A stretch of 29,377 nt of DNA, taken from the IMG/VR virus record IMGVR_UViG_3300047275_000100, positions 1 to 29,377 of that record; one strand, given 5' to 3'. The position numbers were made by a program, and so were the translations under genes. The notes under the pieces are model-generated. The model was given only the letters and a program-made list of their open reading frames with translations. It was not told where the DNA came from and did not search any database. Below are positions 16,169 through 24,565 of the stretch, piece by piece; position 1 is the stretch's first letter; each line of letters begins with the position of its first letter. Source of the DNA: a virus (lineage: Duplodnaviria > Caudoviricetes).

Positions 16169-18385
16169 TCAGTTCCCCGCATTGACCGCAACGCGGTAGT
16201 CAAGTCCCAGCAGCGTCATTTTGAGCGGCAGGGTCTGTGCCACTTCGATCGCCTGCTCACGGCTGTAGCCCAGCACGCCATTGACCCGTTTGATGCCTGT
16301 GAAGGTCGGCTCTGGGTCATCCAGTAGCGGGTTATCAAACAGGCGAAAGGCCACCGGCTGGTTGTTGATGGTCATGTGCTGTGTGTCCTTCAGCACGGCA
16401 TTGATCTCCACAATTCGCTTCTTGAATGCCACGCGGTTGCCGGTCTGCATTCTGATATCTACCGGCATGGTCTTGACATAGACGGTGATCGGCAGGCCTA
16501 CCTCATAGCTTGTGGTGCTGGCCCGGTCAAATGTGACAGAACCACCGCCGCTGACAGTTTCATTGCTCTGTGGCACACCATCGCATATGACATTCAGGCT
16601 CTTGCCAATGTGCGGCAGGCTGCTTGCGCTGGCTGCAGCCCCACCAGTAAAAGCGCAGTCGGTGTAGAGCGAGTCGCTGAACAGCTCGACAAAGTAGCGG
16701 TTGGTGCTGTTGAACGTGCGCTTCGTGACGCAGTAGATCTGGCTCACATCCACGCCGATATCAATGAAGCTGCCATCGGTTGTGAACTCGCTGGGGCTGG
16801 TGATATTCTGCGATCGCATCAGCGAGAAGACGGCCATGCTGCCGTCTGCCTCGTTGGTCATCATCAGCAGATCAGACTCATCTGTGCTGGCGGCCCGGCG
16901 CATAGCGATGCGCTGCGGGGTCTTGAGCAGGTGGCCAGACAGCAGAGAGATCCGCTGCGTGACATAGGTCGCCTGCGTGTCGGTAAACACAAACTCGTTG
17001 AGGCTCTTGCCCTGGCGCTGGATGTAGACCGAGCCTGACTCCACAGATTGCACGCGGGTGCCAGGCTTGATGCCGTTGCGGCTTACATTCTTAAAGGTGA
17101 ATGTCAGTGGGGTGATCGGGTCGCTGTTGCTTTGCGGCACGAAGAACTCGCCGCCAGTGGTAAACACTTGGAAGTCCCTCGAGCTGATGATGTCGGTGAT
17201 GACGTTCAGCTCATTGGTGTCGAGCGTCGCCTCGACCGCATCGTCGTCCAGGGACTCGCTAGGCACGAAGTCGAAGAACAGGCCGATCTTGCTGCCCCAG
17301 ATGGTAGATGGCCGTGACTTGGAGCCGCCAAAGTACAGGCGCCCTTCATGGAAAGTAACAGACCTTGGCCATCCCTTGGTGCTGCTCCAGACATCTTCGT
17401 AGCCATGCTCCAGCTCCCAGCTGCCCTCGGCAATGACTGAAGTGCTGAAGAACGGGTACTCGGTGACAGCGTTGACCACGGTCGCGCTGACGTACTGCAC
17501 GATCCTGGCGCGGCCTTGTGGCTGTGCATTGACGTACTGGTTGACCGAGTCGGTCGTCCAGCTGGTCAGGCTGTATGTGCTGGTGTTGTCAGGTGTGGTC
17601 GTCCATGCACGGTCAACGGTAGCCACCTTGGTAGAGCCGACGTAATCTTCGACGATGCGGATCTGGCCAGCGCCTGTGCCGCCAGTGATAGTGACATACA
17701 GACCGTTGTAGTAATCATTGGTCGAGCTTGCCGTTGACTTGAGCGTGATGGTCGTGCTGGTGCCGGCCTGTGCGGTGCCGGTGTCGTGCTTGGCGCTGGA
17801 CGCAGTAAGAGTGATATTTCCAGACACTGCCGACGGTGTCAGCGTGGCGGCCAGCTGGGTATGAAAGTCAATGTTGAATGCGTACTTTGGGATGCTGTCA
17901 AATGTGATGGTGGTGGCCGTCCAGCTTGAGTCAGATGCGCCGCGCACAATTTGCACCGGCTGCAGATCAGGATGCACCACGATCAAGGTGTCGGCAGACT
18001 GAGTCCAGCACATATCGTCCACCATGTCGCTGGTAATGCTGGTCGTCAGGTAGTTGTTGGCGCCGCCATTGATGGCCGTGACCACAGCACCGTTTTTGAT
18101 GACATACATGCGCTGGTGCGTGAAGCACAGCATGTAGCTGTCGGTCACCGAGAACTGGAATGGCACCAAACGCACGCCATTGGCCGCGCTTGCGGTGCTG
18201 GTGTTGGGCAGCTCCAGGATGTGCTTGAGGCCAGGCCGGCGGCGCAATCCACCCTGGGGCTGGATCAGGACGTTGGTGGCCTTGGCCAGGGCATTGTTGT
18301 ACTGCTCCAGCTCAACCCTAGCCCGCAGCAGCGGATCCAGCTCGCCGGTCGAGAAGTTGCTTTGGATGTCAACAAAGCGCGGCAT
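16169..18385 (-). CDS. Tail tubular protein B / nozzle (T7 gp12, P22 gp10-like)
   Basis: QSNFSTGELDP, NVLIQPQGGLRRRPG, RLVPFQFS, TQSADTLIVVHPD, GWPRSVTFHEGRLYFGG and VGLP motifs. Confidence 0.9.
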   Translation of the reverse strand: MPRFVDIQSNFSTGELDPLLRARVELEQYNNALAKATNVLIQPQGGLRRRPGLKHILELPNTSTASAANGVRLVPFQFSVTDSYMLCFTHQRMYVIKNGAVVTAINGGANNYLTTSITSDMVDDMCWTQSADTLIVVHPDLQPVQIVRGASDSSWTATTITFDSIPKYAFNIDFHTQLAATLTPSAVSGNITLTASSAKHDTGTAQAGTSTTITLKSTASSTNDYYNGLYVTITGGTGAGQIRIVEDYVGSTKVATVDRAWTTTPDNTSTYSLTSWTTDSVNQYVNAQPQGRARIVQYVSATVVNAVTEYPFFSTSVIAEGSWELEHGYEDVWSSTKGWPRSVTFHEGRLYFGGSKSRPSTIWGSKIGLFFDFVPSESLDDDAVEATLDTNELNVITDIISSRDFQVFTTGGEFFVPQSNSDPITPLTFTFKNVSRNGIKPGTRVQSVESGSVYIQRQGKSLNEFVFTDTQATYVTQRISLLSGHLLKTPQRIAMRRAASTDESDLLMMTNEADGSMAVFSLMRSQNITSPSEFTTDGSFIDIGVDVSQIYCVTKRTFNSTNRYFVELFSDSLYTDCAFTGGAAASASSLPHIGKSLNVICDGVPQSNETVSGGGSVTFDRASTTSYEVGLPITVYVKTMPVDIRMQTGNRVAFKKRIVEINAVLKDTQHMTINNQPVAFRLFDNPLLDDPEPTFTGIKRVNGVLGYSREQAIEVAQTLPLKMTLLGLDYRVAVNAGN

Positions 18386-18999
18386 CAGTACCTCGCCGTT
18401 ATAAGCGTATAGTCGTCGATCACTTTGATGGAGTTGTTGGCCCCATCAATCTGCGTGGCTTGCCTGAAGTAGCCGCCGCGCCCATTTTCTCCAGCCTCGC
18501 CCAGTGCCATGCGCCGCCAGAAGGCAGCCTTCTCGGCCTGCTCGGTAATCGGCTCTGCAATGTGCCAGGCCACCTGGTACTTGAGCAGCTGTACAAAGTA
18601 CTGCGGCATGGCGTACTCAGGGGTGCTGTACTGGTAGTCGATGTAGACTGCATCCAGGTTGGTCAGCACCTGGTCGCCCTGGATCTCCCACTCCTTGCGC
18701 GGGGTGGCGCCAACGGCTGCTGTGTCGTACACAGCGCGGGGACTGCCAAGGCGATCACCCGGCAGCTGGTATGCGTATTTCCAGACGCTGCCAGGCGCAG
18801 TGATCAGCCTGGCCAGCGCAATCTTCTTCATGCTGAAACTCCACGGGTACATCATCAGCGTGGAGTCTCGAATGTCGGGGTAGAGTCGATCGCAAACGCT
18901 GGACTCATCGGTGCCATCGTTGAAGGACGAAATTGCCTTCGCACCCAGCATCAGCAGGGCATCAGAGCAGATGGTGATCCCGGTGTCGCCTGCAGCCAT
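18385..18999 (-). CDS. Tail tubular protein A / adaptor (T7 gp11-like)
   Basis: ICSDALLMLGAKAISSF, YPWSFS and YAYQLPGD motifs, positioned between capsid and nozzle genes. Confidence 0.88.
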   Translation of the reverse strand: MAAGDTGITICSDALLMLGAKAISSFNDGTDESSVCDRLYPDIRDSTLMMYPWSFSMKKIALARLITAPGSVWKYAYQLPGDRLGSPRAVYDTAAVGATPRKEWEIQGDQVLTNLDAVYIDYQYSTPEYAMPQYFVQLLKYQVAWHIAEPITEQAEKAAFWRRMALGEAGENGRGGYFRQATQIDGANNSIKVIDDYTLITARY

Positions 19000-19013
19000 A
19001 TCGACCTCTTAAT

Positions 19014-19052
19014 GTGAGAAGGGCCAGCCCCCGATAGCTCAGTGGCTGGCCC
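19014..19052 (-). terminator. Stem-loop after the capsid/decoration genes (probably a leaky terminator or processing site)
   Basis: GGGCCAGCC (19021-19029) pairs with GGCTGGCCC (19044-19052). Only a weak UUCUC tail follows on the minus strand. Confidence 0.55.
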
Positions 19053-19068
19053 ATTCTGGGTTGGCGAA

Positions 19069-19347
19069 TCAATCGCTGTCAGTGTTCGACAGCGTGGTGC
19101 CGTCGGTCACATCCACCACGCCAGAAGCGTTGGACACCACATACACCAGGGTGACCACGGCGGTAGTGCCGGTCGAGGTCACACAGTGAATGATGTCGCC
19201 CACTTCCAGGGTGTTGGCCAGCGAGTTGAAGTAGCCGCTGGTGTTGACATCCGCAATCGCGTCGGTGGTCTTGTAACCATACATCGACGGTGCGTTGCCG
19301 CGCTTGGAAGCGCTGTAGGCGGTAAAGCCGTCTGCAGAGTAAGCCAT
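19069..19347 (-). CDS. Small virion protein downstream of the capsid gene (possible decoration protein)
   Basis: 92-aa beta-rich protein with AGGAGG RBS, cotranscribed with the MCP ahead of the stem-loop. Confidence 0.75.
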   Translation of the reverse strand: MAYSADGFTAYSASKRGNAPSMYGYKTTDAIADVNTSGYFNSLANTLEVGDIIHCVTSTGTTAVVTLVYVVSNASGVVDVTDGTTLSNTDSD

Positions 19348-19362
19348 TTTCAGACCCTCCTA

Positions 19363-20217
19363 TTAGGCTGCAGCCGCAGTGTCGCGGGCAGTGATCTTGA
19401 CGATACCCTCGGCGTCGATCGCCACAGCACCGGCAGAGAACAGGGCATTGACAAGCCAGCTGGTCTTCTCGGGGATGTAGTTGATCTCAGTGCGAGGAGC
19501 GATGCCTTCAGCGTAGCCGATAGCGTCACGGTGGAACGCATACAGGGTACGGTCAGACGAACCGTCGATGGGCAGACCACCTTCCGAGCGATCGCCCAAC
19601 ACATGGAACGTAAATCCCATGAACTGGTTGATCTCGCCCTGCACCAGTGCCTTGACGGTATTGAAGTCCGAGCTGGTGACCGAAGTCTGCTCGAGCATCG
19701 CGGCCAGGCTGTTGGCGTGGATGATGATGTTGCGGCCCTCAGCAGGCACGTTCTTGGTGTTGAGGATCTTGGCAGCCTCACGCAACTTGGCGATGTTCAT
19801 GTTGGTGTTTGAGCCACCAATAGAATTTGCCACGGTGCCAGTGCCAGACGCAGCATTGAGCGCATCGAGGATCATCTGATCCTGGCGACGGCCAATTGCA
19901 GCACCCACCACTTGGGCCAGCTCAGAACGCTCATCGAAGTTGACCTTCTGCTGCGAGAAGATGTCGCTGTACTCAGCGGCATTCCAATCGCCCAGCGTGC
20001 AGGTCACGGTGGAGAAACCGACGTTCATGGGAGTGACATCGGTCTGAGTCACGCGGGCAGTAGCCACACCGCGACCAACTTTGGGGAACTTGACAGTGGA
20101 GCCTTCGACACCACGACGCTGACGCACAGCACCCACCAGCATTGCTTTGCCCTGGTAGGCTTGCTTAACCTCAGCATCGAACAGAGTCACAAAGGCGTTC
20201 GAGAGAGAAACGCTCAT
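19363..20217 (-). CDS. Major capsid protein
   Basis: 284 aa after the scaffold gene, GAGGTG RBS. Motifs FDAEVKQAYQG, TVKFPKVG, AAIGRRQDQMIL and ALVQGEINQFMGFTF fit an HK97-fold podovirus MCP. Confidence 0.92.
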   Translation of the reverse strand: MSVSLSNAFVTLFDAEVKQAYQGKAMLVGAVRQRRGVEGSTVKFPKVGRGVATARVTQTDVTPMNVGFSTVTCTLGDWNAAEYSDIFSQQKVNFDERSELAQVVGAAIGRRQDQMILDALNAASGTGTVANSIGGSNTNMNIAKLREAAKILNTKNVPAEGRNIIIHANSLAAMLEQTSVTSSDFNTVKALVQGEINQFMGFTFHVLGDRSEGGLPIDGSSDRTLYAFHRDAIGYAEGIAPRTEINYIPEKTSWLVNALFSAGAVAIDAEGIVKITARDTAAAA

Positions 20218-20359
20218 TTGATCACCTCATTCGGTTGGTTAATTCAGGGGTTCTCGCGCTGGTAAGCCGCTGGTGCGGGCCTGTGCTTGCTGTTTGCGTC
20301 AGCCACTCGTCAGCATCTCGCTGCGGTCAGGGCCGGTTACCCGGTAAGCCATGTCGCTA

Positions 20360-20386
20360 ATTGTAGACAAAAACAACAGTTGTCAA
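20360..20386 (-). promoter_or_regulatory. Putative promoter for the major capsid gene (TTGACA-N15-TACAAT)
   Basis: Consensus -35 and near-consensus -10 directly after the scaffold terminator, but the spacer is short (15 bp). Confidence 0.55.
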
Positions 20387-20408
20387 TAGGGGCTGTTGCT
20401 TTCTGGAC

Positions 20409-20436
20409 AAAAAAACCCCGGCGCTCGGGCCGGGGT
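20409..20436 (-). terminator. Rho-independent terminator after the scaffold gene
   Basis: Minus strand reads ACCCCGGC-CCGAGC-GCCGGGGT followed by a T-run. Confidence 0.85.
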
Positions 20437-20476
20437 AAGGGCAACTGCCTGACGGCAGTGGAGGAGACACTCTCAA

Positions 20477-21244
20477 CTATTTGGCAAACTGGTCATACAT
20501 GCGCTCGACCTTTTGCCGGTATGCAGCGTCTGTCTTGTAGCGAGGATCGGCCACCATGGCATACAGCTCCTCTTTGGATGGTGCGCCTTCCAGTGGCGCC
20601 GACTCGATCGGCACCCGGCCCTCGTAGGCAGTGCGGATCTTGACCAGAGCCTGCAGCCCGCGGGCGGTGCCGCCCATGATCTTGAACTCCTCAAAGTCGT
20701 CTTTGCTCCAGACGCCCTTGTTGACCAGGCCGCGTGCCCAATCGACCATGCCGTTGACCACGGCATTGGCGTTGGGGCCGAGCTTGGCCATTTCGGCTGC
20801 TGGATCGACCATGTCGCCCTCGAGCATCTCTTTGGCGTTGGTCTGCAGTCGGTCTACCAGGTCGTCAAACTGGGCCTGGGACAGCCCGTTTTCCTTGGCC
20901 CAGCCAACCATGGTGCTGGCCATGGGGTTATCGCCGGCGCCGTCGCCAAACTTGCTGGTGTCGTACTTGCCATCAGCCGGGGCATTGTGGGCGCCCTTGC
21001 TGATCTTGCCGCGCAGGTCGCGCCAGGACTTGGCCAAGGATTCATAGTCAGCCTTGCCGTCCTTGACGAAATTCTCAGGCAGCCATTCTGGCGGCGCTTC
21101 TGGGGCAGCTGGCGATGCTGCAGCTGCAGCCCTGTGGGGGATTTCAGCCTTCTGCGGCTCTGCTGGTTTGCTGGGGTCTTCGATGGTGACAGAGTCCAAT
21201 AGGCCGGTGGACTCGCCGCCGGGTTGGTCGTTGGTGTCGCTCAT
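20477..21244 (-). CDS. Capsid scaffolding/assembly protein (T7 gp9-like)
   Basis: Acidic, Pro-rich N-terminus, PEWLPENF, and C-terminal DPRYKTDAAYRQKV. Lies between portal and MCP. Confidence 0.85.
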   Translation of the reverse strand: MSDTNDQPGGESTGLLDSVTIEDPSKPAEPQKAEIPHRAAAAASPAAPEAPPEWLPENFVKDGKADYESLAKSWRDLRGKISKGAHNAPADGKYDTSKFGDGAGDNPMASTMVGWAKENGLSQAQFDDLVDRLQTNAKEMLEGDMVDPAAEMAKLGPNANAVVNGMVDWARGLVNKGVWSKDDFEEFKIMGGTARGLQALVKIRTAYEGRVPIESAPLEGAPSKEELYAMVADPRYKTDAAYRQKVERMYDQFAK

Positions 21245-21507
21245 AGGTTCCTTGCTTGTGAAATCCGTGCTATCAAGTCCCGCACCACGCTCCGCTGCCC
21301 ATCGGCAAAGAAGGCATAGCTGGGATCAGTGCCCGGCACGGCAACGGGCACATCCACATACATCTCCTGCAACCAAGTCATCAGCTTCTGGCCATCATCA
21401 GTGCCAAACACCCGAAGGCACAGCCGCATCAGGTCTTCGCGTTTTTGCTTGACCTCGCGGATATCCTCGGCAACGTCTGCCCCATCCAGCTCGTCCCAGC
21501 CGCTCAT
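21241..21507 (-). CDS. Small head-module protein (BPP-1 Bbp19-like)
   Basis: RVFGTDDGQKLMTWL...FADGQRSVVRDL motif, located between portal and scaffold. Confidence 0.75.
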   Translation of the reverse strand: MSGWDELDGADVAEDIREVKQKREDLMRLCLRVFGTDDGQKLMTWLQEMYVDVPVAVPGTDPSYAFFADGQRSVVRDLIARISQARNL

Positions 21508-23111
21508 GCCATTGCTCCTTCAGGCGGTGCCATTGGTGCCTGGCCGGCCTGCTGCTGCATCACCATGGCCTGGGCAATGGCGGCCTGCTCTTGAGCATTC
21601 TTGGCCTCCTCCATTAACACGGCACGCTCTGCCTGGCTGTTTCGCACGGTCATTGGCACGCCCAGCTTCTCGCCCAGGTAGTCGGGGATCCGATCGGTCT
21701 TGAGCGCAAAGGCGCCATCGGCACCGAAGCCCTGCATCAGCTGGGCGTACTGCAGGATGGCCTGCACCTCGTCCATGGCCTGGGCCTGGGCCAGTGGCGC
21801 CTCTGGCACCACCTTGACCTCCAGGCCATTGACCCGCAGCGGCATGTCGATCAGGCCGCGCTCATCCATGACCTCAAGGATCTTGGCCACCAGCGGGATC
21901 ATGGTTTCGTTGATCAGGCGACCGAAGGCGCTGCCCAGGTTCTGGGACAGCTCCTTCATGCGCTCCACAATCTCGGTGGCTGAGCGGGCGCTCATGTTGT
22001 CAGGGGGCAGCGACTCGTCCAGCAGGATCCGTTTGACGTTCGAGCGTAGGTCATTGATGACCAGCTGGCTCACATTGAAGTCTCCAGCGCGGGGCAGGGC
22101 GGCTAGGGCCGGGCCTTGCGGGCCACCGTTGCGGGCCACCGGGATGATTGCGCCAGGTGCCAGCTTGACGGTGTTGGGGTTCAGCACCCCGTCATCTGCA
22201 GCTGTGTAGACACCGGACACGGCCAGGCTGGCGTTCTTGAGCAGCAGCTCGATCGTCTTGTTGAGGGTCTTGATGTCGGGCAGGGCAGTCAGCAGCGGGC
22301 CGCGCCCGTAGATCTCGCCGGCCACCTTCATGTAGCGGCTGATCACCCAGGGGCTGGACTTGCGGCGCCGATAAACGATCTCCTCTTTGCCGTGCTTGTA
22401 GATAACGTGGTAACAGTAATCGCCGCGCTTGGCGTCATAGACCGTGGCCTCGAGCAGCTCGACATCCTCGGTGGGCTTGTCCTGGATCAACCGGGCCAAC
22501 TGGCCCTCGATCTTGGCATCTGGCCACTGGCGCTGAATGCTCTCGCCCTTCATGCGGATCTTGCGGTAGACGTTGTCCACCTGGCCATTGGCCCCCTCCT
22601 CGTAGGTCACCAGGAACAGGGGCACCGGGATGAAGTTGATGGGGCTGACATCGTCGCCTGGTTGCACCATCATGCAGGCGGTGCCCACGGCCAGGTCGAG
22701 CAAAAACTCGCCCATGGCGATGTCGAAGTTGCTCTGCCGCAGCACGGTGAACATCTTCTCGCCGTAGACCTCCAGCACCGCCTTGGCGGTGTCCTTGCGG
22801 TCGGTCGGGATGTCGCTGCCAGCGTCCAGCCGTGCCCACTTGCGCTGGGGCGGGAAGACAGCAGACTGCAGCCGGTTGGCAAAGCGCTGGGTGCTGTTGA
22901 TGGCCGTCGAATCGAAGACCCGCGTCATCTTGTTCTTGCCCGTGTAGTTGCCCTCCCAGACACCGTATAGCTGGCGCTGGGGCAGGGCGAACTCGTAGGC
23001 GTCCATGTAGAGCGCCTGGAACTCGTCCTTCTTCTTCTGGGCAACGTCCTGGCGCTTGATGATCTGCTCTGGCGTCAAGCGCATGCCGCCGGTCTTGTCT
23101 TTGTATTCCAT
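21504..23111 (-). CDS. Portal / head-to-tail connector (podovirus type)
   Basis: FDSTAINST, SNFDIAMGEFLLDLAVGTA, GEIYGRGP, ALPDIKTLN and RSATEIVER motifs. Confidence 0.93.
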   Translation of the reverse strand: MEYKDKTGGMRLTPEQIIKRQDVAQKKKDEFQALYMDAYEFALPQRQLYGVWEGNYTGKNKMTRVFDSTAINSTQRFANRLQSAVFPPQRKWARLDAGSDIPTDRKDTAKAVLEVYGEKMFTVLRQSNFDIAMGEFLLDLAVGTACMMVQPGDDVSPINFIPVPLFLVTYEEGANGQVDNVYRKIRMKGESIQRQWPDAKIEGQLARLIQDKPTEDVELLEATVYDAKRGDYCYHVIYKHGKEEIVYRRRKSSPWVISRYMKVAGEIYGRGPLLTALPDIKTLNKTIELLLKNASLAVSGVYTAADDGVLNPNTVKLAPGAIIPVARNGGPQGPALAALPRAGDFNVSQLVINDLRSNVKRILLDESLPPDNMSARSATEIVERMKELSQNLGSAFGRLINETMIPLVAKILEVMDERGLIDMPLRVNGLEVKVVPEAPLAQAQAMDEVQAILQYAQLMQGFGADGAFALKTDRIPDYLGEKLGVPMTVRNSQAERAVLMEEAKNAQEQAAIAQAMVMQQQAGQAPMAPPEGAMA

Positions 23112-23116
23112 GATGC

Positions 23117-23440
23117 TCAGTCCTTCTCGGCGTTGTACTTGGCCAGCAGGTTGCGGCCTTTGGCGGCCAGGCGTGCGGCAGCAGCTGCGGTGCGAGGCGC
23201 AGGCTCACCCCATGCCCTGGCGGCCAGGGCCAGACGGGTCGGCTCGCCGTTGTCCTTGACCAGCGGGCCGCTTGGGTCGGTGTAGAAACGGGTCAGGAAA
23301 GATCCCTTGCGGCGGGCACGCTGGCCTGTGGGGCTGGACTCCTTGACACCAGGCTGCAGGTTCTTGCTCTCGCCTGTGCGCTCGTAGTGCCGCCGACCGG
23401 CCTCTGTCAGCCCACCGTCTGGATCTTTCAGCTTGCTCAT
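23117..23440 (-). CDS. Small basic protein (DUF6321-like)
   Basis: KDPDGGLTEAGR...NLQPGVK...RRKGSFLTRF...PTRLALAARAWG motif. Confidence 0.72.
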   Translation of the reverse strand: MSKLKDPDGGLTEAGRRHYERTGESKNLQPGVKESSPTGQRARRKGSFLTRFYTDPSGPLVKDNGEPTRLALAARAWGEPAPRTAAAAARLAAKGRNLLAKYNAEKD

Positions 23441-23607
23441 GATTTGTATTGATCCAGCATGGGGCGCTTCTTCTTGCGCGTCTTGGCAGACTCACTGAAG
23501 GCCTTGTCAGTAGGCGCACCAGGTGAACCAGGCTTTCGCATCTTTTCACCGCTGCCATCTTTGATGCGCTCTCGTTTAGCGTGGATGTTTGCGTACAAGC
23601 CGTTCAT
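23437..23607 (-). CDS. Small basic protein (56 aa, MNGLYANIHAKRERIKDGSGEKMRKPGSPGAPTDKAFSESAKTRKKKRPMLDQYKS); not in ORF track
   Basis: Translated by hand. ATGA overlaps at both ends and an AAGGAGG RBS. Confidence 0.8.
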   Translation of the reverse strand: MNGLYANIHAKRERIKDGSGEKMRKPGSPGAPTDKAFSESAKTRKKKRPMLDQYKS

Positions 23608-23774
23608 GTTGAAGCCTCCTTCATCAGGCCGCCCTTGCGGCGACTACGCGCTCGGCGCTGTTCTGACAATGCAATGGCAATGGCCTGCTTGCGAGAGGTG
23701 ACCTTCTGACCAGAGCTGGACTCGAGCTTTCCGGTCTTGTACTCATGCATGACCTTCTCGACCTTGTCTTTCAT
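23604..23774 (-). CDS. Small basic protein, DUF6496-like (56 aa, MKDKVEKVMHEYKTGKLESSSGQKVTSRKQAIAIALSEQRR...); not in ORF track
   Basis: Translated by hand. ATGA overlaps at both ends, AAGGAG RBS, and KVMHEYK.G.L.S / QAIAIALSE motif. Confidence 0.82.
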   Translation of the reverse strand: MKDKVEKVMHEYKTGKLESSSGQKVTSRKQAIAIALSEQRRARSRRKGGLMKEAST

Positions 23775-24565
23775 GGGTTCTCTCCTTGCAGCAATGGCCG
23801 CGCTGTTCTGCGCCTGGTCACGTTCAGACGCGATGCTCGGCGCTCACCGACCTCACGCTGGAATTGGCTCTCAAGCTCAACTCGCTTTTGAGCAAACTCT
23901 GTGTCATCGAATGGGGCAATGGTCGGAGCCTTTGGCATCTCCATCGCAAAAGGAGCCGGTTTTTCTGGTGCAATTGGTGCGGGGCCAGGCTCTGGCGTTG
24001 TTGGCCGTGGGACAAACGTATATATGTTGGTTCCTCGCTTGCCACTCTCTACAGGGGTAAGCACATAGTCATATCCATACTTTGAGGGGTTTTGAAGTAC
24101 ACCCTGTGCCCCATGCAGAGGGATCCTCTGTCCGGTAGTTGGATCATTGACAAAGAAATCGTAGATCTCATAGCTGCCCTGTTTGCCGACTTTTGCCTCA
24201 TAACTTCTTGCCGTTTTGTTTCTTGCGCCAGTAGCAATTTGTGCCAGTTCGCTTGCGAATGCCGACTCTTTCTGTGCATACGTTGCTGCCTCTTGTGCAA
24301 ACTTCTCAGACGCTTGTTGATATGGCGTGGCAATGTTTGCCGTGTACTCATCAAGCGCCGTTTTGTACTGGGCCATTGAAGCCTCAAACGGCGCCATCTG
24401 CTCTTGCATCCTGCGTGCATTCTCAGCGAATGCACGCTCATAGTCTGAAGTCATGGACTCGACTGATGTCGCATATTGCCTAGCCAGACGATCAATATCA
24501 GAGGTTCTGCGAGATGCCATCCTCGCCAATTGACGCTGCCTAAATTGAGGTAGTGTTGCCATCAC
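23771..24565 (-). CDS. Hypothetical protein (coiled coil, central globular insert, Arg-rich C-terminus); possible virion protein
   Basis: 264-aa ORF coupled by overlaps to both neighbours. Confidence 0.75.
   Translation of the reverse strand: MMATLPQFRQRQLARMASRRTSDIDRLARQYATSVESMTSDYERAFAENARRMQEQMAPFEASMAQYKTALDEYTANIATPYQQASEKFAQEAATYAQKESAFASELAQIATGARNKTARSYEAKVGKQGSYEIYDFFVNDPTTGQRIPLHGAQGVLQNPSKYGYDYVLTPVESGKRGTNIYTFVPRPTTPEPGPAPIAPEKPAPFAMEMPKAPTIAPFDDTEFAQKRVELESQFQREVGERRASRLNVTRRRTARPLLQGENP

Noticed and set aside
19340-19400. Programmed frameshift or readthrough extending the capsid protein (T7 10B-like)
   Set aside because: The MCP ends in a TAA TAG double stop, no slippery heptamer is evident, and the next gene has its own AGGAGG RBS.
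20218-20476. tRNA gene in the scaffold-capsid intergenic region
   Set aside because: No cloverleaf, TTC T-loop motif or acceptor stem is present. The region is explained by a terminator, a promoter and a leader.
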